A DNA stretch of 64,000 bases, from contig NC_057711.1 of the NCBI RefSeq assembly GCF_004010195.1, positions 125,298,042 through 125,362,041 of the forward strand. Reading direction: 5' to 3'. The stretch comes from Chiloscyllium plagiosum (taxonomy: Eukaryota). A program made the translations under genes and the position numbers. The notes under the pieces were generated by a model. That model saw nothing but the letters and a program-made list of their open reading frames with translations, was not told where the DNA came from and did not search any database. Shown one piece after another: positions 50,868 through 63,393 of this stretch (position 1 is the first letter of the stretch; the number at the start of each line of letters is the position of its first letter).

Positions 50868-52035
50868 AGATTTTGGAGAAGATTTGTAACTTAGGTTGTG
50901 AATCAGGTTGTCAGTTTACTCGCTGAGCTAGCAGGTTTGTTTTCAGATATTTCATCACCATGCTAGGTAACATCATCAGTGAGCCTCCGGTGAAGTGCTG
51001 GTGTTCTGTCCCATTTTATATATATAAATTTTGGTTTGTTGTGGTGGGTGATATCATTCCCGGTCTTATTTCTGAGAGGTTGGTAAATGGGTTCCACATC
51101 TATATGCTTGTTGATGGAGTTCCAATTTGAATGCCAGACCCCTAGGAATTCCCATGCATGTCTTTGTTTGGCCTGTCCTAAAATAGATGTATTGTTCCAG
51201 CCGTTTACAGGAAAGCCACACACGTGCACACACACTGACCAGATACTTAACTACAGGAGTGACCATCCCAACAGCCAAAAATGGAGCTGCATCAGGACAC
51301 TATTTAAATGAGCCACAACACACTGCAGCACCCCGGAAGTCGAGGAGAAACACCTATGCAATGTATTCAGGAACAATGGGTATCTGATAAGCACAGTCTG
51401 CCAATTCCTAAAGGGACCTAAACAGGAAGATGCACACATGGGAGACTCTCGTCACCCTACCATACATCAAAAACATATCAGAGATGACCACGAGACTACT
51501 CCAGCCCCTTGGCATCATGCTAGCCCACAAAGCTACTGCCACACTAAAGCAATTACTGATGAATTTAAAGGATCCCCCACCCACAACCAGCAGAATGCGT
51601 CATGTACAAAATACATTGCAAGGATTGCAACAAACATTACATTGGACAGACGAGCAGGAAACTAGCCACCAGGATACATGAGCACCAATTAGCCTCCAGA
51701 AGACTATCACTGGTATCCATAAGGTATACCAGTTTGATGGGACAATAGATCCATCCTGGGAAAGGCCAAACAAAGACATGTGCGGGAATTCCTAGAGGCC
51801 TGGCATTCAAACCAGAACTCCCTTAACAAGCATATAGATTTGGACTCCATTCGCCAACCTCTCAGAAACAGAACTGGAAGTTATATCACACACCACAACA
51901 AACCAAGACACATAAATGACAAGTGGGATAGAATACCAACACTTCACCAGAGGTTCACTAATTGTTACCTAGCATGGTGACGAAACATCTGAAAACAAAT
52001 CCACCAGCTAAGCAAACAAACCGACAACTTGATAG
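50868..52035. mobile_element. Penelope-like element with an inverted 3' duplicate
   Basis: + strand from about 51201: VYRKATH/TDQILNYRSDHP, TLPYIKNISE, CKDCNKHYIGQTSRKLATRIHEH (GIY-YIG), REFLEAWHS. 50868-51200 is an inverted copy of the 3' end. Confidence 0.92.
50943..50982 (-). ncRNA. Minimal hammerhead ribozyme motif in the PLE repeat
   Basis: Minus strand: tca-CTGATGA-t-gttacc-tagcat-ggtgat-GAAAT-ATC-tga. Confidence 0.7.
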
Positions 52036-53529
52036 CCTAGAATACAAATGTATCTGTCTATAATCTTACAATCGTCCAGGTATTTCTCCTTAGTGAATAT
52101 CAATGCAAAGTACTCTTTAAAGATCTCACCCACTTCTTCTCGCTCCATGCATAAGTTCCCTCGTTTATCCTTGACTGGACCTATCCTTTCCCTACCTATC
52201 CTTTTGCTCCAAATATACATATAAAATGCCTTGGAATTCTCCTTAATCTTACTTCACAAGGACATCTCATGGCCCTTTTGAGCCCTCCTAATTCCTTGTT
52301 TAAATTCTTTCCTGCCTCTTTTATACTTGTCAAGTCCCTTGTCTGATTTCACTCTCCTAAATAAGCCAATGCTTCCTTTTTCTTTTAGACTAAACCTTCA
52401 ATATTTCTCACCATCCAGGGTTCCTAAATCTTGCTGTTCTCATGGTTCATCCTCAAAGTAGCATGCTATTCTTAAACTGTGATCAACTCACCATTAAAAG
52501 ACTCCTACAGACCCAGATTTACCCTCAAAAAGTCACCCCCAATCTAACTCTGACAGTTCCTGCCTAATACTGTCATAATTAGCCTTCCCCCAGTTTAGCG
52601 TTGTCACTAGGACCAGTCTCATTCTTATCCGTAACTATCTTAAAATATATGGGATTAAGATCACTGTTCCCAAAATGCTCCCCTACTGAAACATCAATCT
52701 CCTGGCCAGGCTCATTCCCTAATTCAAAATCTGGTACTTCCCCTTCTTGAGTTGTACTATCTACATGTCTAACTACATGCATAAGAAACTTAATGGAAAT
52801 GTTAAATGACCAAGTTTGGGGAATGTATAATTTTGATGGCTGTGTGAGATTCCCGACCTAGGGGAGAAATGTTTCTGTTTATGGTTCAGAGTGGAAGAAA
52901 GGTCCAATATCAGTGAATCCTCTTCTTGGTGCCTAGGCAATGCAATAAAGGTTTGTTTTCTCAAAGTTTTCCTTGCATTCCCTTTCTGCAGAGCCTGGGA
53001 GAACAGGTTGCTCACTGTGAAACTGAGTGTTAGTTTAAATGAGAAACACTCAGATGCTCAAAGTATTTCTGGCCTCTTGCCTCCTGAGCACTCCTTGTGT
53101 TTCCACTATTAAACTCAGTGACAGACTAGCTGAAAATGCGCTGGGGTCGAGAATAAAAGATTAAATGTTTTACGGCTTATCTCCCTTCAACCTATCCATG
53201 TTTAGGGATTAAAAATATTTCTTTATTGCTTTGAAGGGTGATGTATGGGAAATTTACAATTTTGTAAATGTAATAGTGATGAGTTTTTTTTAATTGCACA
53301 TCCTTTCCTCAGTTGTATTTGTACTCAAATAATCCTTTGTGGTTCTCAAATATTTTGTTGAATCTCCCTTCTGTTTCCTAATTCCCTTGTAATTAAATGA
53401 ATTTTGTTGATTTTCATTTTTAAATGCTTTTGGACTCCTATCTTATGCATTCTATTATAAATATTTTAGCTCTCATGTTGCTTCAGACCTCCTCCTTTAA
53501 CATCTCTGATTGTATGTCAATGACACAAA

Positions 53530-54210
53530 GATTGGTGTTATAGTAAATATTTTTGATGTGGAACAAAGTTTCAAAAAGATATTGATCAATTAATTTAATT
53601 GGTGAAACCAGCTTTTGGATTTCAACTCATGTAAGTTTGCAGTCATCTATTTTGAATCAAGAAAATAGATCTAAGGAATATTTAAATTGTGAAAAGATAT
53701 GAGTGGGAGAGGTACAAGGAGAGACTATTAATCATTGAAAGTTAGATATAGAAGAAATTTGAAATGGTAAATTAAATATTAGCCTTTATAACAGTGGAGG
53801 TTATAGCTAGAAAATAAGAGGAAAGAAGATTAGATACAGCTAAATCAAGCTTTCGTTGGATCACATTATACTGTGTTGAGTTCTGTTACTGCACTGTAGG
53901 AAGGTTACATCATGGATTGTCAAAATATTGTATGTGTTCAGGGAGTTAGATTATGAGGAGAAATTACAGATATCAGGCTTGTACTTCTTTGCATTCAGAA
54001 AGTTAAGGGACAATTTGAATTAGGCAAATAGGATTTTATCAAGGAATTGATAATCTTGTGGTCAAGAATACTCACAAAAAAAGCACATCCTAGCTTGTTT
54101 AATCATTTTAAATCTGTGATTGATAGTTTTTGCAAGACAAGGTTATAAAAGGATGTGGAGGCAGGCCAGGTGGATAAAGTTATTGGACAGATTTCATACT
54201 GAATAGCAGA
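53530..54210 (+). mobile_element. Highly decayed CR1 3' region
   Basis: ttagattatgaggagaaatta...ggcttgtacttc...gttaagggacaatttg, reminiscent of LDYEE.L..GL...LRG.L. Confidence 0.55.
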
Positions 54211-55239
54211 AGGGTGTGGTGATGCAGAGTTAGTATTCCTATCTCTGAGCCAGGAGGTCCAAGTTAAATTCTCACCTGCTCCAGAGGTGTGTAACAACTT
54301 CTCTGCACAGGTTGATTCAAAGAAATATTCATATTGAGCGGTGGATGAGGCTTGAGAAGATAAATGACCTTGACAAAAGCAAAGCATTTGAATCCTGGAG
54401 ACATTTGGAAATTAAAACCAGGAAGTGCTGAAGTCAGTAGAAACTCAGTGGGTCCTAGCAGCATCTTTGGAGAAAAGGATAACATTAATGTACTGAGTCC
54501 AATATAATTTTGCTGGAACCTGATTTGCTTCCATCATTTCTGTTGTTATTGTAAGTACTTCTTCCTATTTCTAATCTTCTATGTTCTGAGTGTGGAGCCA
54601 TCAGTAAGTCAATAATGTGTTACAACTTAAATCAAGATGCTGGTGTGTACTTATACATGCAATAGAGAACCTAGTCCTCTATCATCAATTAAAGAACGAG
54701 ATGAAGTGACATAATACATTAGCAAACCAATGCAGCATTGCAAAAAGTGGCAGCACACCTCAGTTAACAATGTCAATCCTGGGATCTTTGATAATGAAGA
54801 AGAAAGGAATATTGAAGGCAGAATTATTTTCAGATATTGTTTTGACTCTCATAATATCAGATGCAGGACTACTCAGGCAGAAGCATATTGGCAGATGACC
54901 TGTCACGAAACTTCAACACAGCATATTCCTATTTCAAGAAAACATAACATAATTAAAAGCAATAAATATTTCTGGAGAGATGAGCACTCACATCCAGGAG
55001 GAAGATGCCCATTATGGTCACAAACTGTGACATAATATTCTGAAGATTCCTTCAAGGTGATCTTTTACCATCAGCGCACTAGAACATATGGTCTAGATAT
55101 TGCTTTTTAATTTTTCATTCAAAATGTGTCATCTCCAACAGCTGTAACATTTCTTATGCACTGCACTAAAGTATCTCTGTTCATGTCATGTAGTATTAAT
55201 ACTTGAAGCCACTTTTTCTGTTTCATAGGCAGTGAGACA

Positions 55240-55840
55240 ATGCAAAGGGGAAAGTTGGGAATAGTGTTGCATGCTGCCCTCAAAGCGACTGCAAGGGATA
55301 GAGACTGTCACACATCTCTTTCTGAAGTATGCCTTTGCAATGTAAGTCTGGGGAACCATGTCGCTGGTTTTGTCGAGGTTCATCCAGAGCAACTCAGTGA
55401 TGTAGGATTCTATGCTTTACAGTCTGTTTCCCAGGACGCACACTGAGACAAACATCAACTGCACTCGGAGGACCATCAACTCTGTGAAAGATGCTCTTTG
55501 GTCTTCCAGAGCAATGTTGCAGACTGGCACATTCCAAGGTCCAGGACTACATGCTGAGGGATGCATTAAAACTTGGGGCTGCTGCACAAAGGCACAGTGG
55601 GGAAACATCAATATCTACGGTCTTTCTGCTGAAGTTATCAGACTCCCTATCCCAGGTGCCTCAAATATATGTAAATATGATCTTGTACAAGTAAAAATGC
55701 CTTGGGTTGTTTGTTGGATAGACTCAAATTCCAATGTTACTTTATTTCTTCATATGCTACTGTATAGAATCAAACTGCCTTAGGGATTATGTATGTATCT
55801 AAAGATATTTTATGAATAAAGTATATTTTTGAAATTTAAA
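55240..55840 (+). mobile_element. Tx1/L1-clade LINE 3' end
   Basis: TINSVKDALWS and CCRLAHSKVQDYMLRDALKLGAAA C-terminal motifs; AATAAA at about 55815 followed by an A-rich end. Confidence 0.75.
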
Positions 55841-56079
55841 AGAAATGGAAATGCAAACAGAAAGTACTGGCACCACGTCATTGGCCAGGCCATATCTATG
55901 GAGAGAGAACTAAAGTTAACATTTCAATTTTCACTAATCTTGAAACGTTTATCTCTACAGATGCTGTCTGACCTGCTGAGCTTATTGACAATTTTATTTT
56001 CTATCGGATTTGCATAATCTGCAGGATACTACCTTTATAAAAGGTGTTTCTTGCACTGCTTCTGCCTGCCAATAAACTC

Positions 56080-56706
56080 TGAGGAGATTTCCCAAGCTGA
56101 TGCATTTACCTCACAATTGAAGGAAATTTCCAAGGTCAGTTTTGCAAGAGTGTCATTAGTCAGGACCAAACTGTCACTAACTGTAGCTGACAGTGTAGAA
56201 ATGTATCAATTTCCTTGTCTCTTAACTCCTTTCAGACTTCTAAACCAGCCTCCTGGCATCCAATCTTCACATCTGCCAGAAACTTTAAGTAAAACAAGTG
56301 CAGTGTTTATAATAGAGGAAACATTATTTGCCAAGGAAAGGGCAGTCATTTGTGTGATTTCTTGTGTAGTTACATACCTCAGAATTAATGCAGTGAAAGT
56401 CCTGTCATGGATAGTCCCACAACTGACATTAATAAATGCAGAATTTTCAGTAATCTGACAATCCAGAAGAATTATTTTATTCAACTCTTGTCTTTCTGTG
56501 AATACAATACTAGAGGTATTTTTAACATATTAATTTTCTGTAGATAGGCAGATGTACAAGCCTGAAAGGAGTTTGTGACAAGAAAATTGACACATTTCAA
56601 GACTGATAACTACTGAGGGTGACATCTTGTTATGATTGTCTGCAGATCAACTTGAAGAAGTTGTCACAATTTGTGACTGCTTCGCTTAGTAAGTGCTTTT
56701 CCTCAA
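56080..56706. repeat. Long degenerate palindrome (probable ancient fold-back element)
   Basis: aaatgtatcaatttccttgtctcttaactcctttcagacttctaaaccagcct (from 56199) matches the reverse complement of about 56547-56597; inner attaatgcagt / actgacattaat pair. Confidence 0.75.
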
Positions 56707-57179
56707 TTGAAAATCACTTGGTAACAAAGAAATGGGATGCACTTTGAGTCTCCAATGTCTATTACTGAAAATGGATTGGTAGCATCACTGCTGGTTACAT
56801 CCTGAAGGACAATCTGCCAGACTGAATTTACATTAGATAATGAGAGAACCAACACAAGATTTAAAAAATAACTTGCCCTCATCCTCACAAAACAATCTCT
56901 CACCAATCTCTCACCAACCATCAATTCATGTTGTCATCCAAAACAACATTAGTAACAGTGACTATAACACAGACCTTATGAGACAAGGCTCATTTTTACA
57001 CTCACAGTATAAATGGGAAATATTTACAAGAAGTTCCGATCTGGATGTTGATTACAAACTGTGCACCATTCACTCCAACAGCATTATATTCCCAATTACT
57101 TTGAGACCTCATGAGTCAACATTGTCAATGAGTTAAAGGAACAAATTTTGTTTAAGAAGGAGAGAATGCCATGAACAGC

Positions 57180-57750
57180 ACCAGGCATAGCTAAAATTGG
57201 CATGTTAACCTGCTAAATGACAACACAGAACTGAGTGCTTGCTAAACTGTGAGAACAGGATGCGGTAGATAAATCTAAGTGATCTCACTACCAGCAGACC
57301 AGATCAAAGCTCTGAAGACATGTCACATCCAGTTATGAAGGGGAGTATGCAGTTAAATATTTCACAGGAAAAAAACATTCCGCAGCCAATGAACTCTTGA
57401 TGAAGCTCAGAGAGCCACTGCCAAAGACAAGACTGAAATGTTTACCAACATTTTCAATCAGAAGCGTCAAGGGAATAATTTATCTTGGCCTAATCCCAAA
57501 ACACATACTAATCTTCGGCCAATTTAACTCAATCAACATGGTATTAAGAAACAGCTGATGTGCTGGACAGAATCGAGATGAAGGACCACGATGACGTCCT
57601 GGCTGTAGAGCTGAAGAGTTGTGTTCCTGAACTAGTTGCATTACTAGCCAAACTGTTCTTGAACAGTTGGAGAACTGGCAGCTATGTGACAATGTGGAAA
57701 ATCACTGAATTATCTCCTGTTCATAAACATGCAGGACAAATGTAATCCAG
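57180..57750 (+). mobile_element. LINE family A fragment, pre-RT region
   Basis: ELKSCVPELVALLAKLFLNSWRTGSYVTMWKITELSPVHK resembles the LINE 'P..WK.A.V.PV.K' motif. Confidence 0.7.
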
Positions 57751-57759
57751 CTAGCAGAT

Positions 57760-58465
57760 GGAGTATAGTGTGGAAAAATGTGAAGCTGATCATTTTGGAA
57801 AGGAGACCAACACAATAGTGTATGATATAAACGGAGAAAAGCTATAGAGACCCGCAACACAAAGGGACTTGGATAAAACACAGAAAGCGAGCAAACAAAA
57901 CAGCAGCTTTTCAGGAATGCTAGTGGGATGTTAGCTTTTATTCCAAGACAGTTGGAGTTTAAGAGTAAGGAAATCTTACTTACACTGTACAAGGTGTTGG
58001 TGAGACCACATCTGGATTACTATATGTAGTTTTGGTCCTCTTATTTAAAGAAAGATATGGTTTCATTGGAAGCAATCCAGAGAAAGTTCACGAGGATGAA
58101 TCCTGATATGGAGGGATTGTCTTATAAGCAAAGGATGTTTCCCCTCAGAGAAAGTCTAGGACAAGAGGTCATAGTCACAGAATACAGGGATGCCAAGTTA
58201 TAATTAAGATAAGGAGCAGTTCCTGCTCTCAGAGAGTTATGAGTCTTTGGATCCTTGTCACAGAGAGCTGTGAGGGCAGAGTTTTTGTGGATATTTAAAG
58301 CTGATTTAAGCTGGTTTCTTGATCAGTAGAGCAATCAGGGGTTACAGGGAAAAGGCAGGAAAATGGACATAAGGAATGTTGGATCAGCCATGATCCCATT
58401 GAATGGCAAAGCAGGCTCAAAGGGCTGAGTGGCCTACTCCTAGCCCTATTTTATATGGTCTTATC
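57760..58465 (+). mobile_element. CR1 3' region
   Basis: LYKVLVRPHLDY, LEAIQRKFTR, SRTRGHS; 3' end gatcagccatgatcccattgaatgg...ggcctactcc. Confidence 0.85.
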
Positions 58466-61400
58466 AATATGTTGTGTGAATGAACTCTGACCTGTTTTCT
58501 CTTAACATTGAGATTCACAGGTGTTTTAAAGTTTGCTTGCTGTCATGTTTGTTATGAATGAATTTTGATTGGCAGAGGCACAGGGCGTTCAATGTTGCAG
58601 TGAGGCTGCTGTTGGGTATTTGGTGTGCCAGACACACGGTTATTTTGGCTTAGAGATGCTTTGTTCCATTTGACATGGTGGATTTGGAATGATTCATGAG
58701 CACCATTTATATGTCCGTTTAAATCTGGCTCATGTTCCCACACCTACATTTGGGAATCAAATAGAGCTGGACATTCTCATTAATCACAAACAGAATCAGA
58801 CCATTATACAGGGGCAATTCACAGCATGATTAACACCCCTCCTTTCAAAAAGATGTTTGTTGTAAAGCAATGAAAAATGTGAAAGGATTTATCTCTAGAT
58901 TCTGGTACTGTTAATTTTTATTAATTAGCAGCCTGTGTTATAAGACTGTGGTAACAATTTCATCTTACACTTAGAATGTGTGTAAGAAAACTGTTCAATT
59001 AGACATTAGTCACTTTGTGCTTTTTATCTACATCAATTAACTGTAGTTCAGATTTTGCAGTCAGTGATGAATGAATACCACGATTGTATTCGCATTTACA
59101 ATTTTAAGGACTTTTGTGTTGAGATATCCCAGCAGCCAAATGTTCAAAACGTCTGTCACCCTCTACCTGGTTCTACATGAATAATGTACTCAAAGCTTAA
59201 ATAAGCAATGCAAGAAGAAAGCTTGTGGTAGCGATGGGCTGCCACAAGCTACTAGATGGAGTGCTAGGTGGATCCTTGCATTGCATCTTTATATCTTGCC
59301 ACTATGTCTTGAGTCACTCAAGCACGGAACAGCAGTGGGCCTTCTCCCTAGGCATTCTGGAAGTGGATGCACTGTCAATTGAAAATTGTCAGACAATCAG
59401 AGGTAAGTAATTTTTCCTTTCTCAATAGAGCCACCAGGAAGCATTGGCTGATCCCAGTACGACAGTCACATGAGCCTTCAGATGATGGAGCAACTCAGAC
59501 ATGGGGTGGGTGGGGGGGGGGCATGATGCAATTAAGGCCATTGAAGAAGAGCGTTGGCAAAAAGGGCAGGAGAATGGGTTTCAGCATAATCCCTGCCCAC
59601 ACCACCTCTCTCCCCCCACACCATCCCACATCACTATACCCATTGAGACGCTGAGTGTCTTTGAAGTTGAAGTCGAGACATGTATGCAGGCTCAAAAGTG
59701 AAGCTTACTGAGTGTGAACAATATACAGATCTTCAACAACAAACACAAAGAATGCCAAAGAAACTCAACAGTTCTGGCAGCATCTGTGCAGAGAGAAACA
59801 GATTTCCAGCACCCACACTATTTTCCTGTTATTTATATGGATTTTGAATTCTCTTATCCATTGTGTTACAATGCAACTTGCAGCATCCCTGTTCTCTTGG
59901 CAGTGATTCCACATGTACTGTTTAGTCTTATCTATATGTGCAGTAACCTCTGTTTGTTTAGCTGTAGTAATTGATTAGATAGGACAATAACAATCACCTT
60001 GTTTCAAGCTTAATCTTAATAGGATGTCCATTGACACACTCTGTGTCTTCTGACTAATCCTTCTTGCCCTCAGTGCTCCCAGTTCACTCACAGAGGACAT
60101 TTCACCACTTCTTTTCCATCAACACAAAATGCTCTTCCATCGACTTCCATCATACTCATCCCTTCCTTTGTTTCATAGCTGTAAAAACTCAGCTCACAGC
60201 CTAAGCCACATGATTCTGTTAGTAACAGATGAAGGATATATACAGCTGTGCTCTGGAAAAAAAAAGTTAGCTTTAGTGACATTCCAGATACCACACAGGT
60301 CCCCAATTGCTCCTTGAGATAGGCTGCTAGCAGAAACAGTCTGGCCAGATGGGCTCTTGACAGCCACTGGGATGGAATGGTCACACTGCCCTTCTGAGTG
60401 CAAGTCCTGCTCTAGCTGATCATACCGTTCAGTGACGGTGGGCTGAGGCAGCTTTAATCAACACCTGCCCTGTCTTTTAGCAACCAGGATAGCATCCCCT
60501 GTCAAAGAAAAGGCTGCCTTCCACATCACACACCATGTTCTTGACCACTTACAGTTCATGGTGTGAATGTGACAGTTGCAATGCTTACTAAGGAATGAGT
60601 TTGTGAAATAGGATCTTCTACGTTCCTTGTTCTCCTCACACCTGTTTAGCAGACATGAGAAGAAGGTCAGTCATGTGTGAAACCTAATGCTTATGATTGC
60701 TTGAAGCAATTATTTTTAATGTGCACCGTTAAACAATAACTGACCTGCTGATGAAGTACAAATTGAAGGTAAATGGGTGGCATCATTGTATCAGAAACTG
60801 TACTATTGCTGCAATCATACCTAACAGGCATTCCAATTGCAAAGGTTTTATCTGCCCCAGAAGATTAAGTAGTAACTTACTTCACCAACTTTACATGTGG
60901 CGTCAACCATTTTGTGTAGTTATTGTGCAATTGACTTTTGATCTGACATGAGAAGATTCCAACTTGGTTTCAGAAATGTGATTTGCAGGCTCTGCCTGTG
61001 AGATATACAAATTCCCCTATCCTACACATTATGTCTGTTTTCCTGTCCTTTTGATCACAATAACATTTTTAGCCTCTTTTTCCTATTGAGTACATTTAAA
61101 TAACTAGTTGTTTCCTTATATTACTCCCAGCGCTCAGAAGTTTGGAAATTCCCAGACCTTTTCTGACCTTGTACCCCCCCATGTAGAGGTCAGAATTATT
61201 GTGACTTGTTTTCACCCCTTCATATGGAGTTTCCAGTCTCCTTTCATTCCCCTTGAAGTCCCATGCTACTATCTCTAACTGCCCTCTCTCACAGTGACCA
61301 TCGCTCTGGTGACACAGTATAATGACTTGGCAGGACAACTTTAACCACTGCAATCCACCCCCAGGACTGATGTCTTCACAGCACTCCAGTTGAACCATTT

Positions 61401-62099
61401 GTATCCCTAAGACAGGTTTCACTTGACCTACAAGACTGGCCATGGCCCAATCCCCAAAGACACAGATCCTGAAACATTGCTGGGACCAAGCATCTGACTG
61501 ACAGTTACCAACCATCTTAACTGGAATTTAATGGCCCCTTGATGACTGTGGCAGTACCCTCTAATTGATTGTTGTCCCCCTTTACATCACAGAGCACCAC
61601 GGCTCTTTGATTTTCACAATGGCCATTTATTTGAAGCACATGCAGTGTGTTTGCATATGAACCACTAGCACATGTTTTGGATGTGATTCTGACATAGGAC
61701 ACTGGCACACGTTGACATGTCCACTTCATCGTCAGTTTACCGCTGCCTATTGTCAAGCTGCCCGATTCTGTTCTGTGTTAAAGAGCAGTGTAAGCCCATA
61801 GAGGCTGATAGTAATTCAGTACTAAAAATCCCAAGCATAGGCTGGTAGCTAAAGTCAGTGATGGTGTGCTAAGAAAGCAATGTGAAGTATTCAGAGACTG
61901 GCAACCTGCAAGTAGGCACAAGTGCCAAGAAAGCAAGCTAAGAGCCACAAATTGTATTCTGCGAGATGCATATGATGCAGTGGCATACAAATCATTGTTG
62001 TCCCCGAGCTCAAAGCTAAAGCATTGAAGGGTTGTGGATGTGACAGTTGGTCCTGATTTCCGTTGACTTTAGATTGCTATGCTCTTTGAAGACACACTC

Positions 62100-63170
62100 A
62101 CTGATATGTTGGATTAATGTCAATGGTAGCCACTGTCACTTGACTTCTGACATTTAAACCTTTCATCCATGGTTGAACTGACAATGAATTTAAGTCAAGA
62201 GCTGAGTGGCCCTGGTGGAACTCAAACTGAGCATCAGCGTGCAGATTATTATTAAATAATTGCAACTTGAAAGCTTTCCAACAGTTTACTGGTGATCACA
62301 AATAGAATGATGGCGGGAATTGGGAGGTTGAATTTACCCAACTTTCTGTTTACAAGATGCTCCTGTGCAATTTTCCAAACTGTTGGATAAATGTTAGTGC
62401 TGTTATGAAAACAGCCTGGCAAAGTAGTCCAGAGTGCAAGTGTTTAGTACTATTGCTGGAATATTATCAGGACTCACAGACTTTGCCATATCCAATCCCT
62501 CCAATTGTTTGTTTTTATAATATGAAGTGGATCATATTGACTGGAGGTTGGCATCTGTAATGCTGGGGCCACGAGAGGAGGCTGAGATGCGTCATGCACT
62601 TGGCACTTCTGGCTGAAGATTTGCACTGATCATATGCACTGATGAGCTGGGATCTCCCATCATCAAGGATGGAGTTATTTGTGCAGCTTCCTCCTCCACT
62701 GAGTCAATTAAATATGTACCATCATTCACAACTGGATGTAGCAGTACTGTAATGCTTAGATCTGATCCATTGCTTGTGAAATCATTCAGCCCTGTCTATT
62801 GCTGTTAGTTGTTTGTCAAACAAGTAGTTCTGTATTATAGCTTCACAAGGCATTTGTTTTACATATGCCTGATGCTCATCTTGACATGTGCTCTGTACAC
62901 TTCAATGAAGCCAGCGTTGAGTGCCTGGCTTGATGGTAATCATTCAATGAAGGTCATGGTAAGCCATGAGGTTACACATTTGCATTGTATACATGTCTGT
63001 TGCGGATGAGCCATAGTGCCTTGAGGATGTCAAACTTTCAATTGCTAGATCTATTCGAAGTCTATCCAAATACAGTAGAAGGTATCCTCAATGTGAAGAC
63101 AGGATGTTGTATCTCCAAGAACTATCTAATGGTCACACCCACCAATACAGTCATGGACAGATGCATCTGT
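62100..63170 (-). mobile_element. LINE family A EN/RT remnant
   Basis: Similar to 25860-26870, e.g. ctcccatcatcaaggatggag...cctcctccactgag and gcttgatggtaat. Confidence 0.65.
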
Positions 63171-63213
63171 GATTTCACAAGCAATGGATCAGATCTAAGC
63201 ATTACAGTACTGC

Positions 63214-63393
63214 AGGATAAACACGTGGCTTGAGAGATGGTGTAGGAGGGAGAGGTTCAGATTTGCTCGACATTGGGACCAGTTCTGGGGAAGGTGGGAC
63301 TATTACAAAATGGATGGTCTACATCTGAACCAGACGGGAACCAATGTCCTTGGGAGGGTTTTTGCTACTGCTATTGGGGAGGTTTTAAACTAA
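63214..63393 (+). pseudogene. CR1 ORF1 C-terminus (SGNH esterase-like)
   Basis: RINTWLERWCRRERFRFARHWDQFWGRWDYYKMDGLHLNQTGTNVLGRVFATAIGEVLN*, containing the DGLHL (DxxH) motif. Confidence 0.85.

Larger units (their letters stand above)
49735..52770 (-). mobile_element. CR1 LINE (EN end to 3' end) interrupted by a PLE
   Basis: LGNEPGQEIDVSVGEHFGNSD (EN C-terminus), RERIGPVKDKRGNLCME..EVGEIFKEYF, and 3' end acaggcccttcggcc reversed. Confidence 0.85.

Noticed and set aside
52960-53160. Strong plus-strand acceptor (ttccctttctgcag) with a 9-bp hairpin and a downstream AATAAA
   Set aside because: An isolated signal with no recognisable coding content or linked upstream exon.
56030-56924. Signal-peptide-like minus ORF (MRASYFLNLVLVLSLS...) and a downstream heptad-like peptide suggesting a viral env relic
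   Set aside because: There are multiple stops and no furin site, CX6CC or immunosuppressive motif. Most of the region is better explained by the palindrome.
61096-61756. Minus ORFs with PVSY and GPL motifs hinting at a Gypsy integrase
   Set aside because: No HHCC or DDE motifs in the right order; similarity is too weak.
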